This document shows positions 7,697 to 17,523 of a stretch of DNA of 64,000 bases, piece after piece. The DNA is from a virus, in IMG/VR virus record IMGVR_UViG_3300045988_159115. The stretch is one strand, 5' to 3'. The notes beneath the pieces were generated by a model. That model searched no databases. It saw only the letters and a list, made by a program, of their open reading frames with translations, and was not told the DNA's origin. The position numbers and the translations under genes are program-made. Every line of letters starts with the position of its first letter. Position 1 is the first letter of the stretch.

Positions 7697-9790
7697 TCAG
7701 AATCTAACTATATTCGAGAACTTACCAGTCTTTCGATTGGCTGTCTTGTAGTTTTTACCAACCGTAGGAATATCGACACCGAAGATATCCAGAACGCCCT
7801 TAAAGGGAGCAAGGGTATTACCGATCACCGTCCGTACGTCAATATACGGCTGACACCAATCCGGAATCTTATGACCAGAAGGAATTGCAATAATCTGAAG
7901 ACCCTTATCCGAAATCTGCTTATCGGGAGAATGGAATACGTTTCTCATCAAAGCATCATAAACTTCAGGATAAGTATTCTGCAAATCCTTAATATCATTT
8001 TCCGTAAAAGTGGTAAGCTTTAAGATACTGACTTTCGACGGATACTGAATCTCATCATCCGGATATACAGCGTTCCAAGCAATTGCTCCACGGAAAGCCT
8101 GCTGAGAATACGGATTTGCATATGCTTCTTTTTCTTTTGCAGACGCAAGGGTGAGGTAAGTAATCTCACCATGACGAAGGGAATTCAAAATATCCTCTTC
8201 AAACTTTTTCAGTTCATACAGAATGCCAGACACATCCGGGACAACAGACTCAAGAATATACTGGCGAACGATATTGTCGAATCGCTTATTCGCAGTCTCT
8301 GCTGTACCAGCTTTCATATAATCAAAACCTTTTGTGTCCTGCTTATACGGATGGAACATGTTACCTTCACGAAGTTTCATCGCAGAGATATAGCGCTTTT
8401 TCTTCTTACCAACAACCAGCTTCTGGAAATAGAACTCATTCTTCATATTAAAAATCGGACGATAATCATCCGGGATATAAGAATGGAGTCCATACTCATT
8501 CAGAGTGTGCTGGACGGCAGCAGTGATATAATAAGTCAGTGTGTTAACACAGATAAACTTATTATTTTCAGCGCTTCTACCATAAGAAGAATTCCTGAGA
8601 ATGGTACGATTGCAAAAATTTACCCATTCGTCAATATTCAGAATATTCGAATCCGTATCGACGATGCAAACCGTTCTTCTCATGAAATACTTCAGACGAT
8701 GAATTCGATCAATCGACATGAAGGGAATATAAACGTACTTCATGTAAAGGTCTTTCAGCTTATCCAGAATCTCTTTGATAGAATCCGGAGGAGAATTCGG
8801 ATTCAGGAAGTACTGGATATTCACATACTCATTGTACGTTTTGACCTTATCATGCTCCTGGCCTTTTGTGAACTTTGAACGAAGCTCTTCAGGAATATCC
8901 TCATATTTTTTTGCATACGGAAGATTCTTAACTCCAGCGAAAAGATCATCATAAAGATCAAGAACTTTCTCATGTGCTTCTGTAAACTCGAGGAAGTTAT
9001 TCTTATAATAAATCTTCGTCACATCATCGTCACTGAGATTTGATACCATCTCAATAACGCCATCCTGCCAAGACGCTTCATAAGTATCCTCGTAAAACAT
9101 TCCAAGCAGTCGACTAATAAGCTGAGAATGAGTAACTCGTTTCATCCACTTCGGAATATTATAATCCTGCTTCAGAATTTCGTTGACGTAATGATAGCAT
9201 TCATTATCATCAATGAATTTATAGTTATTCACCAGATATCCCTCAAAGAGAGTCTCTGTGGTAGAAATAACAGACTGTGCTGTTCCAGTAGTCGCAGGGC
9301 CAGACCACTTGGAATAGAATGCAGACTGTGGCATACCAGAGCCACCATAATAGGAGTTTGCCAAGCGCTTCACATTACCCTGAAGACGGTCAAGATCTTT
9401 ATATTCATCAGACTGATCATCTTCAATCTGGAACATTTTCTTCTTAACTGCTTTACGCTCAACGAGGAAGCTGTTAACCATGTCTGCGATCGGGTTAATA
9501 GCTTCCAATTGATTCTTATAAAAAGTAGCATTGCCCGCAACGATGGGGTTCCGTTTCAGCACCCAATCGAGTACCGAGATTGCGCTTGCTTGCTTATGCT
9601 CATGTGTGTAGTTATTATCCAATTCAACATCTGGATTATACATTTGCTCCAGAAGCATTTTATCGAGTACTTCGTCAATTTCGCTCTTTTTCCAATTCGG
9701 ATTAAGACGCTTCATATTGACAATCATTTCTTCTTTCCATCGCTTGATGAAAATACTTTTGGAAAGAGTTTCTTTATTTAATCTTGGCAT
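7697..9790 (-). CDS. family B DNA polymerase, fingers/palm/thumb portion only (697 aa)
   Basis: Motif B KRLANSYYGGSG (K-x3-NS-x-YG) followed by PATTGTAQSVI. Motif C CIVDTDSNIL (DTDS). KKRY motif GKKKKRYISA. Start moved to MPRLNK (ATG at 9790, AGGAAAGGA 9 nt upstream). No exonuclease motifs and no motif A (DxxSLYPS). Confidence 0.85.
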   Translation of the reverse strand: MPRLNKETLSKSIFIKRWKEEMIVNMKRLNPNWKKSEIDEVLDKMLLEQMYNPDVELDNNYTHEHKQASAISVLDWVLKRNPIVAGNATFYKNQLEAINPIADMVNSFLVERKAVKKKMFQIEDDQSDEYKDLDRLQGNVKRLANSYYGGSGMPQSAFYSKWSGPATTGTAQSVISTTETLFEGYLVNNYKFIDDNECYHYVNEILKQDYNIPKWMKRVTHSQLISRLLGMFYEDTYEASWQDGVIEMVSNLSDDDVTKIYYKNNFLEFTEAHEKVLDLYDDLFAGVKNLPYAKKYEDIPEELRSKFTKGQEHDKVKTYNEYVNIQYFLNPNSPPDSIKEILDKLKDLYMKYVYIPFMSIDRIHRLKYFMRRTVCIVDTDSNILNIDEWVNFCNRTILRNSSYGRSAENNKFICVNTLTYYITAAVQHTLNEYGLHSYIPDDYRPIFNMKNEFYFQKLVVGKKKKRYISAMKLREGNMFHPYKQDTKGFDYMKAGTAETANKRFDNIVRQYILESVVPDVSGILYELKKFEEDILNSLRHGEITYLTLASAKEKEAYANPYSQQAFRGAIAWNAVYPDDEIQYPSKVSILKLTTFTENDIKDLQNTYPEVYDALMRNVFHSPDKQISDKGLQIIAIPSGHKIPDWCQPYIDVRTVIGNTLAPFKGVLDIFGVDIPTVGKNYKTANRKTGKFSNIVRF

Positions 9791-9940
9791 CTGTATCAGT
9801 CCTTTCCTAAGTATAGATACCATTTTCTTAAACTAAAGTAAACGACAATCTGAATAATCAGTGGCCCTAGAAAGACTACTATAAAAACAGTAGTGTAATG
9901 ACTTAACCGTCTTTACACTAATAAAGAAAGGATGAATCTC

Positions 9941-10603
9941 ATGTCAAAGTTTACTGAACTGATGAGCAAGCCTCTGCAGTCAGCTCTTGGCTCTGATGAC
10001 GCATTTACTCTCGAAGGCTTTGGCTGCGAAGAGGGTGGCGATATCTGTGATCCCAGCGAGCCGTTTGGCACTGACCCCACAACTCCCGTCACTGCTCCCG
10101 ATGCTTCCACTCCTGTTGATCAGGTGAAGGCAAACGTCGCAAAGGCAATGACTTCTTCTGATACAGAGATGCAGGATCCCCCTCCGCTTACTCCCGAGCA
10201 GGATCAGCATGTCGATGATGTCATGACTGCTGTCCTGACTCCTATGCTGCTGAAGGAGAGCATGACTGATGCCGAGTTCACTGAGTTTGTGAACTCCGAT
10301 GAGTTTGATACTCTGCGTGATGAGGGCTTCATGACTGAGCGTACTATCGTGAAGTTCGATAAGCACGCTCGTAAGGCTCAGCTGTATGAGGTCGCTATCC
10401 GTGCATGCGCTATGGAGCATCATGATCCGCTGTGGCGTAAGCTGGAGACTGTCTACAAGATGGAGCGTATCTTGAAGGCTAAACTTCGTATCAAGTATCA
10501 TTCTCAGGCCAACCGCAAGGTCAAGGAGTATCTGCGTAAGGCTCAGAAGTCTAAGTCTGGTATCCTCTCACGGATCGCCAGCAAGTTCTTCCACAAGAAG
10601 TAA
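9941..10603 (+). CDS. hypothetical protein, acidic N-terminus and basic helical C-terminus (220 aa)
   Basis: ORF-track ORF 9932..10603. The ATG at 9941 has better spacing to AAAGAAAGG. G/C-ending codons. The C-terminus reads …HHDPLWRKLETVYKMERILKAKLRIKYHSQANRKVKEYLRK. Confidence 0.8.
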   Translation: MSKFTELMSKPLQSALGSDDAFTLEGFGCEEGGDICDPSEPFGTDPTTPVTAPDASTPVDQVKANVAKAMTSSDTEMQDPPPLTPEQDQHVDDVMTAVLTPMLLKESMTDAEFTEFVNSDEFDTLRDEGFMTERTIVKFDKHARKAQLYEVAIRACAMEHHDPLWRKLETVYKMERILKAKLRIKYHSQANRKVKEYLRKAQKSKSGILSRIASKFFHKK

Positions 10604-10619
10604 CTTCTATGGAATAATT

Positions 10620-10676
10620 GGAATGAACCGATGTCCGGGTTTAAATTACTCAGACATCGGTTCATTCCATGTTTTG
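10620..10676 (+). terminator. rho-independent terminator
   Basis: 16-bp stem GGAATGAACCGATGTC / GACATCGGTTCATTCC followed by ATGTTTT. Confidence 0.75.
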
Positions 10677-10726
10677 AAAAAAGTAAGGAGAGCACAAAGT
10701 TAAGAGAAAATTTAAGACTAATTATG

Positions 10727-10743
10727 TTTATATATTATATATT
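10727..10743 (+). promoter_or_regulatory. promoter-like box TTTATATATTATATATT
   Basis: Identical 17-mer to the box at 54774..54790 (minus strand). Lies 56 nt upstream of the ATG at 10800. Confidence 0.45.
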
Positions 10744-10799
10744 TGTATTAACCAGGCGACATAAAATTTAATGCGCCTGGGTTTAGGAGGTGATTCATT

Positions 10800-11021
10800 A
10801 TGAAGTATGACCAGGCAGTTCTTGATCGAATGGCTGATAGTTATGAAAAGTATCTCTATTTTCTAAAGAGGTACATCGTGCTCGAAGGGCTCGAAGAAAA
10901 GACATACAAAAAGCATGTAAAAAAGATCAAGAAGATGATTAAGCATCTACGTAAGGGAGAGGGAGACAAAGTTCTCATTCCCGAGCGTTATCTTGCTTAT
11001 GTCGAGAAGTACGGAAAGTAA
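10800..11021 (+). CDS. small hypothetical protein (73 aa)
   Basis: Complete ORF with a TAGGAGGTGA RBS. Confidence 0.8.
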   Translation: MKYDQAVLDRMADSYEKYLYFLKRYIVLEGLEEKTYKKHVKKIKKMIKHLRKGEGDKVLIPERYLAYVEKYGK

Positions 11022-11045
11022 AGAAACGCTGATGGAGGACAAATA

Positions 11046-11741
11046 ATGGAAAGGAAAAAGTCGTATAATTTTCCGATTCAACTTGCGTTCCAGGATAAGA
11101 TCTACTCTATTAAGGGTTACATCGCTGATGATACGCAGTATATCGACGGAAAAGGATACATCGACGAAGACGATGGGCAGATTTATATCTGCTCCACGAA
11201 AAAGGACAGTGTCCGTCCTATCATTCCAACAGTCTATGTCATAGACGGGCATATGACGAAGGTTCTCACTCCGAATGAGAAGACAAATGAGATTTTCTCT
11301 GTCGGGCACACCTTCGAAATCACGTTGCCGAAGATTGAGGCAACTACCACAAAGAACGAAGTCTTGTATTCGGAAGAAGCATTGATGGATATGAATGCTG
11401 CAACTTCCGTTTTTCGTCCCATCATCAATGATACGGATGATGGATGGAAAAAATGCATCAAGAAATCAATCCTTGCAAAAGGCCGTGACATCAATTCTTT
11501 GAAGTATATGACCGGAGATAAGTATACGCTCACAAACATGAAGACCGCTTTGAATAACGGTACCCGTATGAGCGTCACCAACTTCTCTAAGTGGTGTGAA
11601 CTTCTCGGTCTTGACTTTGAGATCCGTGTCATGGATAATGGTGCAGACCCTGACTTCCCGCTTAAGAACGATATTGTCTTCAGCAGTGTGACCGGAAAGG
11701 TCTATCTGGAAGGCACTGCTGAAGATCCGAATAAAAAGTGA
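11046..11741 (+). CDS. hypothetical protein (231 aa)
   Basis: Complete ORF with a GGAGGA RBS. The C-terminal segment TRMSVTNFSKWCELLGLDFEI looks helix-turn-helix-like, which is a weak impression only. Confidence 0.8.
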   Translation: MERKKSYNFPIQLAFQDKIYSIKGYIADDTQYIDGKGYIDEDDGQIYICSTKKDSVRPIIPTVYVIDGHMTKVLTPNEKTNEIFSVGHTFEITLPKIEATTTKNEVLYSEEALMDMNAATSVFRPIINDTDDGWKKCIKKSILAKGRDINSLKYMTGDKYTLTNMKTALNNGTRMSVTNFSKWCELLGLDFEIRVMDNGADPDFPLKNDIVFSSVTGKVYLEGTAEDPNKK

Positions 11742-11762
11742 AAATATTGGAGGAAATGAAAA

Positions 11763-12590
11763 ATGCTGAAGGTTTATAATGATGGTAAGATGGCTACCGC
11801 TGTTCTCACTGAATGTGAGTATGACGCTATCCTCTACTATTCCAAGCGTCTGACCGATACCCTGAATTCTCAGATTCCTGGTTGCGACAGTTTCAACATC
11901 ATCTTCAACAGCTTCAATTTTGGAAAGCATAGCATCAATCAGGACCTCAGACTCCCTTGCAAGTTCCAGGCAACTGTTATGATCAACGGTGATACCCAGG
12001 AGGATATCATTGCCGCTGAGAATGCAGCAAAGAAGCGTGTGCTCGATGGGTACCATAATGAGATGCGGAAGGCTAAGCTGGTGCTCATCGCCGGCGCTGC
12101 AAAGTATACCGCCAAAGTCATGGGTCGCCTCATTGACATGTCTTATGAGATTGCACCTTGGGACGATGATGAGGAAGATTCTGCGCCACACCTCTTCAAC
12201 GGTATCCCTGCACCGAAGCACCACCACATGGACACGAGTGATAACGATAATGAGAGACGCCCTGTCATTCCTGCGTCGCTGTGTCTCAGCATGCTCTCTC
12301 CGAGCGACTACGATGGTGACACCGTTCCGAGCTTCAATGATCTGGTGAAAGCTGGAGAAGATGCCGTGGAAGACGAAGACGATGATCCCATTGAGGGCGA
12401 CCGTGTGAGTGCTAACAGCAACTTCAGCAGCCGTGAGCCTCTGACCGAGAAGGACGAAGACGATTACACGGATGACGTGGAGCTGACCGATCCCATCCCC
12501 TGCAAGAAGACCTATGAAACTCCGGTGATCATTCCTGTTGATGAAGATGGGAACGATATTCCCGAATCGGATAGTGACAGCATCCTCTAA
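11763..12590 (+). CDS. hypothetical protein with very acidic C-terminal half (275 aa)
   Basis: Complete ORF with a GGAGGAAATGAAAA RBS. The D/E-rich tail reads …EDAVEDEDDDPIEGD…DEDDYTDDVELTD. The longer antisense ORF 11466..12617 is a shadow. Confidence 0.8.
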   Translation: MLKVYNDGKMATAVLTECEYDAILYYSKRLTDTLNSQIPGCDSFNIIFNSFNFGKHSINQDLRLPCKFQATVMINGDTQEDIIAAENAAKKRVLDGYHNEMRKAKLVLIAGAAKYTAKVMGRLIDMSYEIAPWDDDEEDSAPHLFNGIPAPKHHHMDTSDNDNERRPVIPASLCLSMLSPSDYDGDTVPSFNDLVKAGEDAVEDEDDDPIEGDRVSANSNFSSREPLTEKDEDDYTDDVELTDPIPCKKTYETPVIIPVDEDGNDIPESDSDSIL

Positions 12591-12601
12591 TAAAGAATAA
12601 T

Positions 12602-12649
12602 AATCCTGGTGTAGCATGTGATTTAATGCTACACCAGGATTTCTTTTTT
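12602..12649 (+). terminator. rho-independent terminator
   Basis: 16-bp stem AATCCTGGTGTAGCAT / ATGCTACACCAGGATT followed by TCTTTTTT. Confidence 0.8.
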
Positions 12650-12691
12650 CCCATCCCGCTAATGACAGACTACTAAATAGGAGGTGAAATT

Positions 12692-13720
12692 ATGACAAAT
12701 CGAGAATTTAAAATTGAATTAATTAAGCAGTTAATGGAACGACCCATATTCACACAAAAAGTAAGTGATATCAATATTCGTACTCGATGCCCGTATTGTG
12801 GTGACTCTGTAAAGAACCAGAATACGGGTCATTTTTATATCCGAATATCTCCTAATGATAATCTTCCAATTCTTTATAACTGCTTCCGTTGTCCAGCACA
12901 TGGGATCGTAGATAAAGATGTGCTGGAAGAGTTGGAAATCCAGGATAAAAATCTACTCAACGATGCCGGAAAGGTTGCTAAAACTTCTGATAAGAATGCT
13001 GCAATCAATCCAGATCGTCCAGCAATCATATTCAATTATGAGCTCCCAGAGAATTATGAAGAGAAAAAGATTCGATACATCGAAAATCGACTCGGAAGAA
13101 AATTCACTGAGCAGGACTTAAAAGACTGCAAAGTGATTACTTCTTTACGAGAGTTTCTCTTGAAAAACGATATCCACACGATAACCGTAAAACCTGAAGT
13201 TGCAAACTTCTTAGATAGAGATTTCGTTGGATTCGTTACTTCTACTGGAACTCAAATCCTATTCCGAAGCATTCGGCCCGATACGGAGATTCGCTGGTTT
13301 AAATATTCTCTTATTCTAAACGAAAGTTTAGTAAGGCCATATTATGCAATTTCATCAGCTGTCGATCTATTCACTCCAGATGATATTACGATCAATATTT
13401 CGGAAGGAGTATTTGATTGTATGGGAATCGCATATGGATTGGATGAGATAAAAGAGAATACTTTAAACTTAGCCACATGCGGAAAGTTCTATGGTAATAT
13501 GATGAAAACGATGATGCAAAAAGGATTCGTTGGAAATAACATCATTTACCATATCTATGCAGATAATGATGGAAGCGAAGGAACTGACATTGATTATCTG
13601 AGGAGAACTTTAACGCAATATCTTCCTCTCACAAAAACAATTTACGTCCACTATAATATTCTTGAAAAAGATTGTGGTGTACGACCCGATAGAATCAAAC
13701 TAAAAACATACGAACTATAA
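12692..13720 (+). CDS. DNA primase (T4 gp61 / T7 gp4 type: zinc ribbon plus TOPRIM), 342 aa
   Basis: The N-terminal zinc ribbon CPYCGDSVKNQNTGHFYI…CFRCPAHG resembles the T4 gp61 CPVCGDS…CYNC motif. TOPRIM acidic motifs ISEGVFD and YADNDGSEG are present. TAGGAGGTGA RBS. Confidence 0.8.
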   Translation: MTNREFKIELIKQLMERPIFTQKVSDINIRTRCPYCGDSVKNQNTGHFYIRISPNDNLPILYNCFRCPAHGIVDKDVLEELEIQDKNLLNDAGKVAKTSDKNAAINPDRPAIIFNYELPENYEEKKIRYIENRLGRKFTEQDLKDCKVITSLREFLLKNDIHTITVKPEVANFLDRDFVGFVTSTGTQILFRSIRPDTEIRWFKYSLILNESLVRPYYAISSAVDLFTPDDITINISEGVFDCMGIAYGLDEIKENTLNLATCGKFYGNMMKTMMQKGFVGNNIIYHIYADNDGSEGTDIDYLRRTLTQYLPLTKTIYVHYNILEKDCGVRPDRIKLKTYEL

Positions 13721-13763
13721 AAGACAGAGATACTCTAATCATAGATGTATCTCTGTCTTTTTT
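13720..13763. terminator. bidirectional terminator between convergent genes
   Basis: 13-bp stem AAGACAGAGATAC / GTATCTCTGTCTT, with an A-tract before it and a T-tract after it. Confidence 0.75.
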
Positions 13764-13770
13764 GTAGTCG

Positions 13771-15333
13771 TTAAGCTTTAGCTTGAGCAGCCTTCCAATC
13801 CGTTCTATAAGAACGAATAGTATCTTTGAACTTCGGAACGTCTTGAATCTTAATAACTTTTTCCAGATAAATATTCATGAACCTGCTGAAATAGTCTTCA
13901 GTGTCATCTGCCTTTGCTTTCGAAAGATCAGTAACAAACTTTTCTGGCCAAGAAACTTCCTTGTGCTTATTAATATATTTCAGCATGCATTGCACCATGT
14001 CCATTTTCTTTGGTGAGGTTGCTTTAATAACGGTATCACCGAAATCAATTGTGACAAGGTAAGGTAGCTCGTAGACATAAGTCAACTTATCCGAGTTCGC
14101 ATATGTCGCCTGGATAAGGTCTTTTACATCTTTAGATACTTTTGATTTTTGAGGGAATCCATATAAGGCCCACGCATAAACCTCTCCAACAACGCCATTA
14201 TGCATAGAAGTCCCTTCACTCTGCTTCGCAGATCTCGCGGTCTTAAATGCTGCAAGACCGGTCTTATTCAATACATTATCTCGAATGAGTGGAATACTCG
14301 TAACAGCTTTGTTGACAGATGGAGCGATTTTATTGTTATACGTATCAGAAACGGTATTCCTAACAGTACCAGCAATATCGACTTCACCTTGGGTCGCCTG
14401 CTTTATTAACTCACTTGCGCCAAGTGAGGTAAGTGTGATGCCTGTAATTTTTGCGATAGCTAAAAGAGCTGCTGTATTCTTCTGGTGATACCCACCACAA
14501 TCTCGCATATATTTACGAACATGTGTTTCGATAGAAGAAGTCATCCTCTGAAGAAGATTTGCCTGCTCTTTTACCTTAACTCCTTTTGCGTCTTCCTTAA
14601 ACTTAGCAAGAACTTTATCGGAGTCGGCCTTAACAGCATCCATGTCAAGCTCAATGTCTTTCAGCTCTTTGTCTGAAAAACGGATCGCATCTTCAAGCGC
14701 GAGATTGACGACCTCGGCGTTCTGCTCAATCAGCTTTTCATACTTAGCATTGCACTTATCTATGGATTCTTTGATGTCGTTATACTCGAGAATAATTGAA
14801 GACGTATTATCCCTGTCGGGAACAAATGCGCCAACGATAGGAAGCATTTGCAGTCCATAACTAGCATCGTTATTTGCTTCAACCTTAAGGCGCATTAAAC
14901 GACGTTCAAGCTGAGCCATCTCTTTGATGTAAGCATCAAGTGCCTTCTTGTTCTTTTTTGTACGATAGACCTTAATCTGTTTGCGAGCAGATTCAGGGAG
15001 CTTCTTTGCAGATTTAACAGCCGCCTTGATCTGAGCAAGCTTTTCTTTCTCTTCCTTACTACCAAAGATCTTAATCTTTAGATTACGGAAGAAAAGGCCG
15101 ACGTTATCAATAACTTTCTGAATAAATCCAGAAAGTTTGGAAATCAGATCACTACACGCATTCTCATAAAGAATTGAAGTTTCGTGGTCTGAAATAATAT
15201 GAGAAGCTGCTTCCGTATAGAGTTCAGTAGCTTCTACATGAAATGCGTCAATGTAGGATCGCATCATGTGATCATTTTCCATAGCGATGCATTCACTCTC
15301 TGTGAAGATGATATCCAATTCTGGATAACACAT
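13771..15333 (-). CDS. helical hypothetical protein, paralog family member P1 (520 aa)
   Basis: Complete ORF with an AAAGGAG RBS. Its N-terminal 250 aa are collinear with the 15450 ORF. Compare …SGFIQKVIDNVGLFFRNLKIKIFG with …VDSIKAFFGKILNGIKTLVKKVTG, and AIRFSDKELKDIELDMDAV with AVKLSNKEIKDFDKNMSEI. Confidence 0.85.
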   Translation of the reverse strand: MCYPELDIIFTESECIAMENDHMMRSYIDAFHVEATELYTEAASHIISDHETSILYENACSDLISKLSGFIQKVIDNVGLFFRNLKIKIFGSKEEKEKLAQIKAAVKSAKKLPESARKQIKVYRTKKNKKALDAYIKEMAQLERRLMRLKVEANNDASYGLQMLPIVGAFVPDRDNTSSIILEYNDIKESIDKCNAKYEKLIEQNAEVVNLALEDAIRFSDKELKDIELDMDAVKADSDKVLAKFKEDAKGVKVKEQANLLQRMTSSIETHVRKYMRDCGGYHQKNTAALLAIAKITGITLTSLGASELIKQATQGEVDIAGTVRNTVSDTYNNKIAPSVNKAVTSIPLIRDNVLNKTGLAAFKTARSAKQSEGTSMHNGVVGEVYAWALYGFPQKSKVSKDVKDLIQATYANSDKLTYVYELPYLVTIDFGDTVIKATSPKKMDMVQCMLKYINKHKEVSWPEKFVTDLSKAKADDTEDYFSRFMNIYLEKVIKIQDVPKFKDTIRSYRTDWKAAQAKA

Positions 15334-15449
15334 AATTTTTCACTCCTTTACAACGTAGTAACCCTTGTAAACTTAGGGAATTGTTTCAGGGTGGGTACTT
15401 ACATTATATTAATTCTACGAATAATACATAGAGAAAGGAGGTTATCACA

Positions 15450-16490
15450 TTGATGGATAGTTACTTTCTCGAGTTTGACCTTGAATGTGAAAAGGCCGAT
15501 TACCTCTATGAATGTGCTTATGATAAGTTCATGATTGATGTAACGGAAGTTCACAATAAGGTCAAACTTGGGTATTTTAACGAATCATCAAACGATGCAT
15601 CCTTTATGCTTGAGGAAGCTGGAAAGTCGTTCGTTGACTCTATCAAGGCGTTCTTCGGTAAGATTCTTAACGGGATTAAGACTCTCGTTAAGAAAGTTAC
15701 CGGTGCGATCAAGACTAAGTTCAACCAGATCACTGCTTCCGGAAAGCTGAAGAATGTCGAACAGGCTCTTGTCACAAACAAAGAGCTTGCTGGTCAAAAA
15801 ATCAAAATCACCGATCGTGCGAAGTATATCGCCGCATACGATGATTATGTGAAAGCCGCTGTTGCTGGTGTACGCAAGCTTCAGACTACCCAGTATAAAA
15901 ACGCTGATGAATACAAGAAGGCTCAGGATGAACTTTCTGAGAAGCTTCAAGGTATCATCAAGAGTTGGAATCTGGATGGTTCTGACGTACGGCAGTTAAA
16001 CATCGGCATTGCTGATGCTGTAAAGCTCAGTAATAAAGAGATCAAGGATTTCGACAAGAATATGTCCGAAATCCAGGGGAAATGGACAGATACAATTGGC
16101 ATTCTCCAAAAATGTGCTCTCAATGAAGACGATCCTTCTAAGATCGGATTCATTAAGAGCATCACAAACCAATTCAATAGCGTGTCGTCCAAAGCGTACA
16201 ACTATTGTGCGAAGCATCCCGCTCAAATTGTCGCAGCAACCTTAACTGCATCTGCAGCTGCTGCAGGTGGCGTTGCTGTAAATAAAGCATACTGGAAGGG
16301 CGAAGGCCAACAAAGAATCCTTAAGAAAGATAATGAAGAGCGCGCAAAGAGAGGAGAAAAAACTCTCGAGACACCTGCAAAAAACACTTTTTGGGGAAAA
16401 GTAGTTGACGGCGCCCGGGGAATAACTGCAGGCATAAATCAAGCTACTGGCATAAAAGAAGACAATGATTTATGGAGAGATTTAATTTAA
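15450..16490 (+). CDS. helical hypothetical protein, paralog family member P2 (346 aa)
   Basis: Complete ORF with an AAAGGAGG RBS (TTG at 15450 or ATG at 15453). Similar to P1 (see 13771..15333). Contains the Ala-rich hydrophobic segment IVAATLTASAAAAGGVAV. Confidence 0.85.
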   Translation: MMDSYFLEFDLECEKADYLYECAYDKFMIDVTEVHNKVKLGYFNESSNDASFMLEEAGKSFVDSIKAFFGKILNGIKTLVKKVTGAIKTKFNQITASGKLKNVEQALVTNKELAGQKIKITDRAKYIAAYDDYVKAAVAGVRKLQTTQYKNADEYKKAQDELSEKLQGIIKSWNLDGSDVRQLNIGIADAVKLSNKEIKDFDKNMSEIQGKWTDTIGILQKCALNEDDPSKIGFIKSITNQFNSVSSKAYNYCAKHPAQIVAATLTASAAAAGGVAVNKAYWKGEGQQRILKKDNEERAKRGEKTLETPAKNTFWGKVVDGARGITAGINQATGIKEDNDLWRDLI

Positions 16491-16523
16491 TAATCCAAAT
16501 CAATTAAAAAGGAGTAATGCATT

Positions 16524-17417
16524 ATGACTAATCTTGAATTTGCAATCTGCGAAGCAGAAAATTCTGGCGAGATTACCATGTCTGATCGAGACTTCCTTCT
16601 CGATTACATTTCTGAGAAGTTCTCCAATCCGATCGCATCAGTTAAGTCTAAGCTTAACGCCAAGAAAGAAATGAATTCAGCAAAGGCTGCCATGCGCAAG
16701 GGCATTGCTGCTGAAACCCCCAAGGATCAGATTAAGGGCCTTACCGCTGAGAAAAATGCGCGCCTCGACAATCTTTATTTCCGTGCAGCATACAATATCG
16801 CGCTGTATCACGAAGCACTCAAGAAGATCTACAGCATGTCCGTTAGTGACGCCGCTGACGACGAGGCTGCATCTGGTAGCAAGAATACTAAGGTTGTCTC
16901 ACAGATTCTGACCAACAACCTTACTAAGGCAAATGAGCGTATCAAAGCCCAGCTTGCTGCTCTGGAGACTGAAGAGCAGAATATCACGAAGGGTACAGCT
17001 GCTCTCATTAAGCATATTCGCGAGGCGGCTGCCGGCAAGCTTCAGACAACAATTTCAAACGTTGCCTCCGCCTTTAAGAACGCCATTAAGGCTGGATGGG
17101 CATGGGCAAAAACGCACTTTGGCAAACTCATTCCTCACATCCATAAGAAGAATCTTTCTAAGGATCAGCAGGAAAAGCTGGAGGATGCTGAGGAGAAGGT
17201 TGCTGAGACTCCGGAAGCCGCAAGTGATGCAAAGGGCGGCGATGCAAAGGCTGAAGTTACACCTGAGTCTGTTCGCATGGACATCTATGATGCTGAGCTG
17301 AATGGCCAGATCACTGTTGAGGAGCGCGTCGCTCTTATCAATGAGCTCGACGAGCGTCTCGCATCTTATCAGGAGTCTTATGAGGATCCCGAGGCCGCAT
17401 TTGCAGATCTTCTGTAA
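16524..17417 (+). CDS. helical acidic hypothetical protein, family member P3 (297 aa)
   Basis: Complete ORF with an AAAGGAG RBS. The N-terminus MTNLEFAICEAENSGEITMSD is very similar to that of the 17975..19261 protein. The same short motif recurs near its C-terminus (DAELNGQITVEER). Confidence 0.85.
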   Translation: MTNLEFAICEAENSGEITMSDRDFLLDYISEKFSNPIASVKSKLNAKKEMNSAKAAMRKGIAAETPKDQIKGLTAEKNARLDNLYFRAAYNIALYHEALKKIYSMSVSDAADDEAASGSKNTKVVSQILTNNLTKANERIKAQLAALETEEQNITKGTAALIKHIREAAAGKLQTTISNVASAFKNAIKAGWAWAKTHFGKLIPHIHKKNLSKDQQEKLEDAEEKVAETPEAASDAKGGDAKAEVTPESVRMDIYDAELNGQITVEERVALINELDERLASYQESYEDPEAAFADLL

Positions 17418-17447
17418 TGCGTCACTGATCTAATATTCTGAACACTT

Positions 17448-17490
17448 AGTTGGCCAGACTGTATTAATTTTGCAGTCTGGCCAACTATTT
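17448..17490 (+). terminator. terminator hairpin after the 16524..17417 gene
   Basis: 14-bp stem AGTTGGCCAGACTG / CAGTCTGGCCAACT followed by ATTTATT (weak U-tract). Confidence 0.6.
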
Positions 17491-17523
17491 ATTATGGCAT
17501 TGCTTAGACATTTATTTTGAGTT

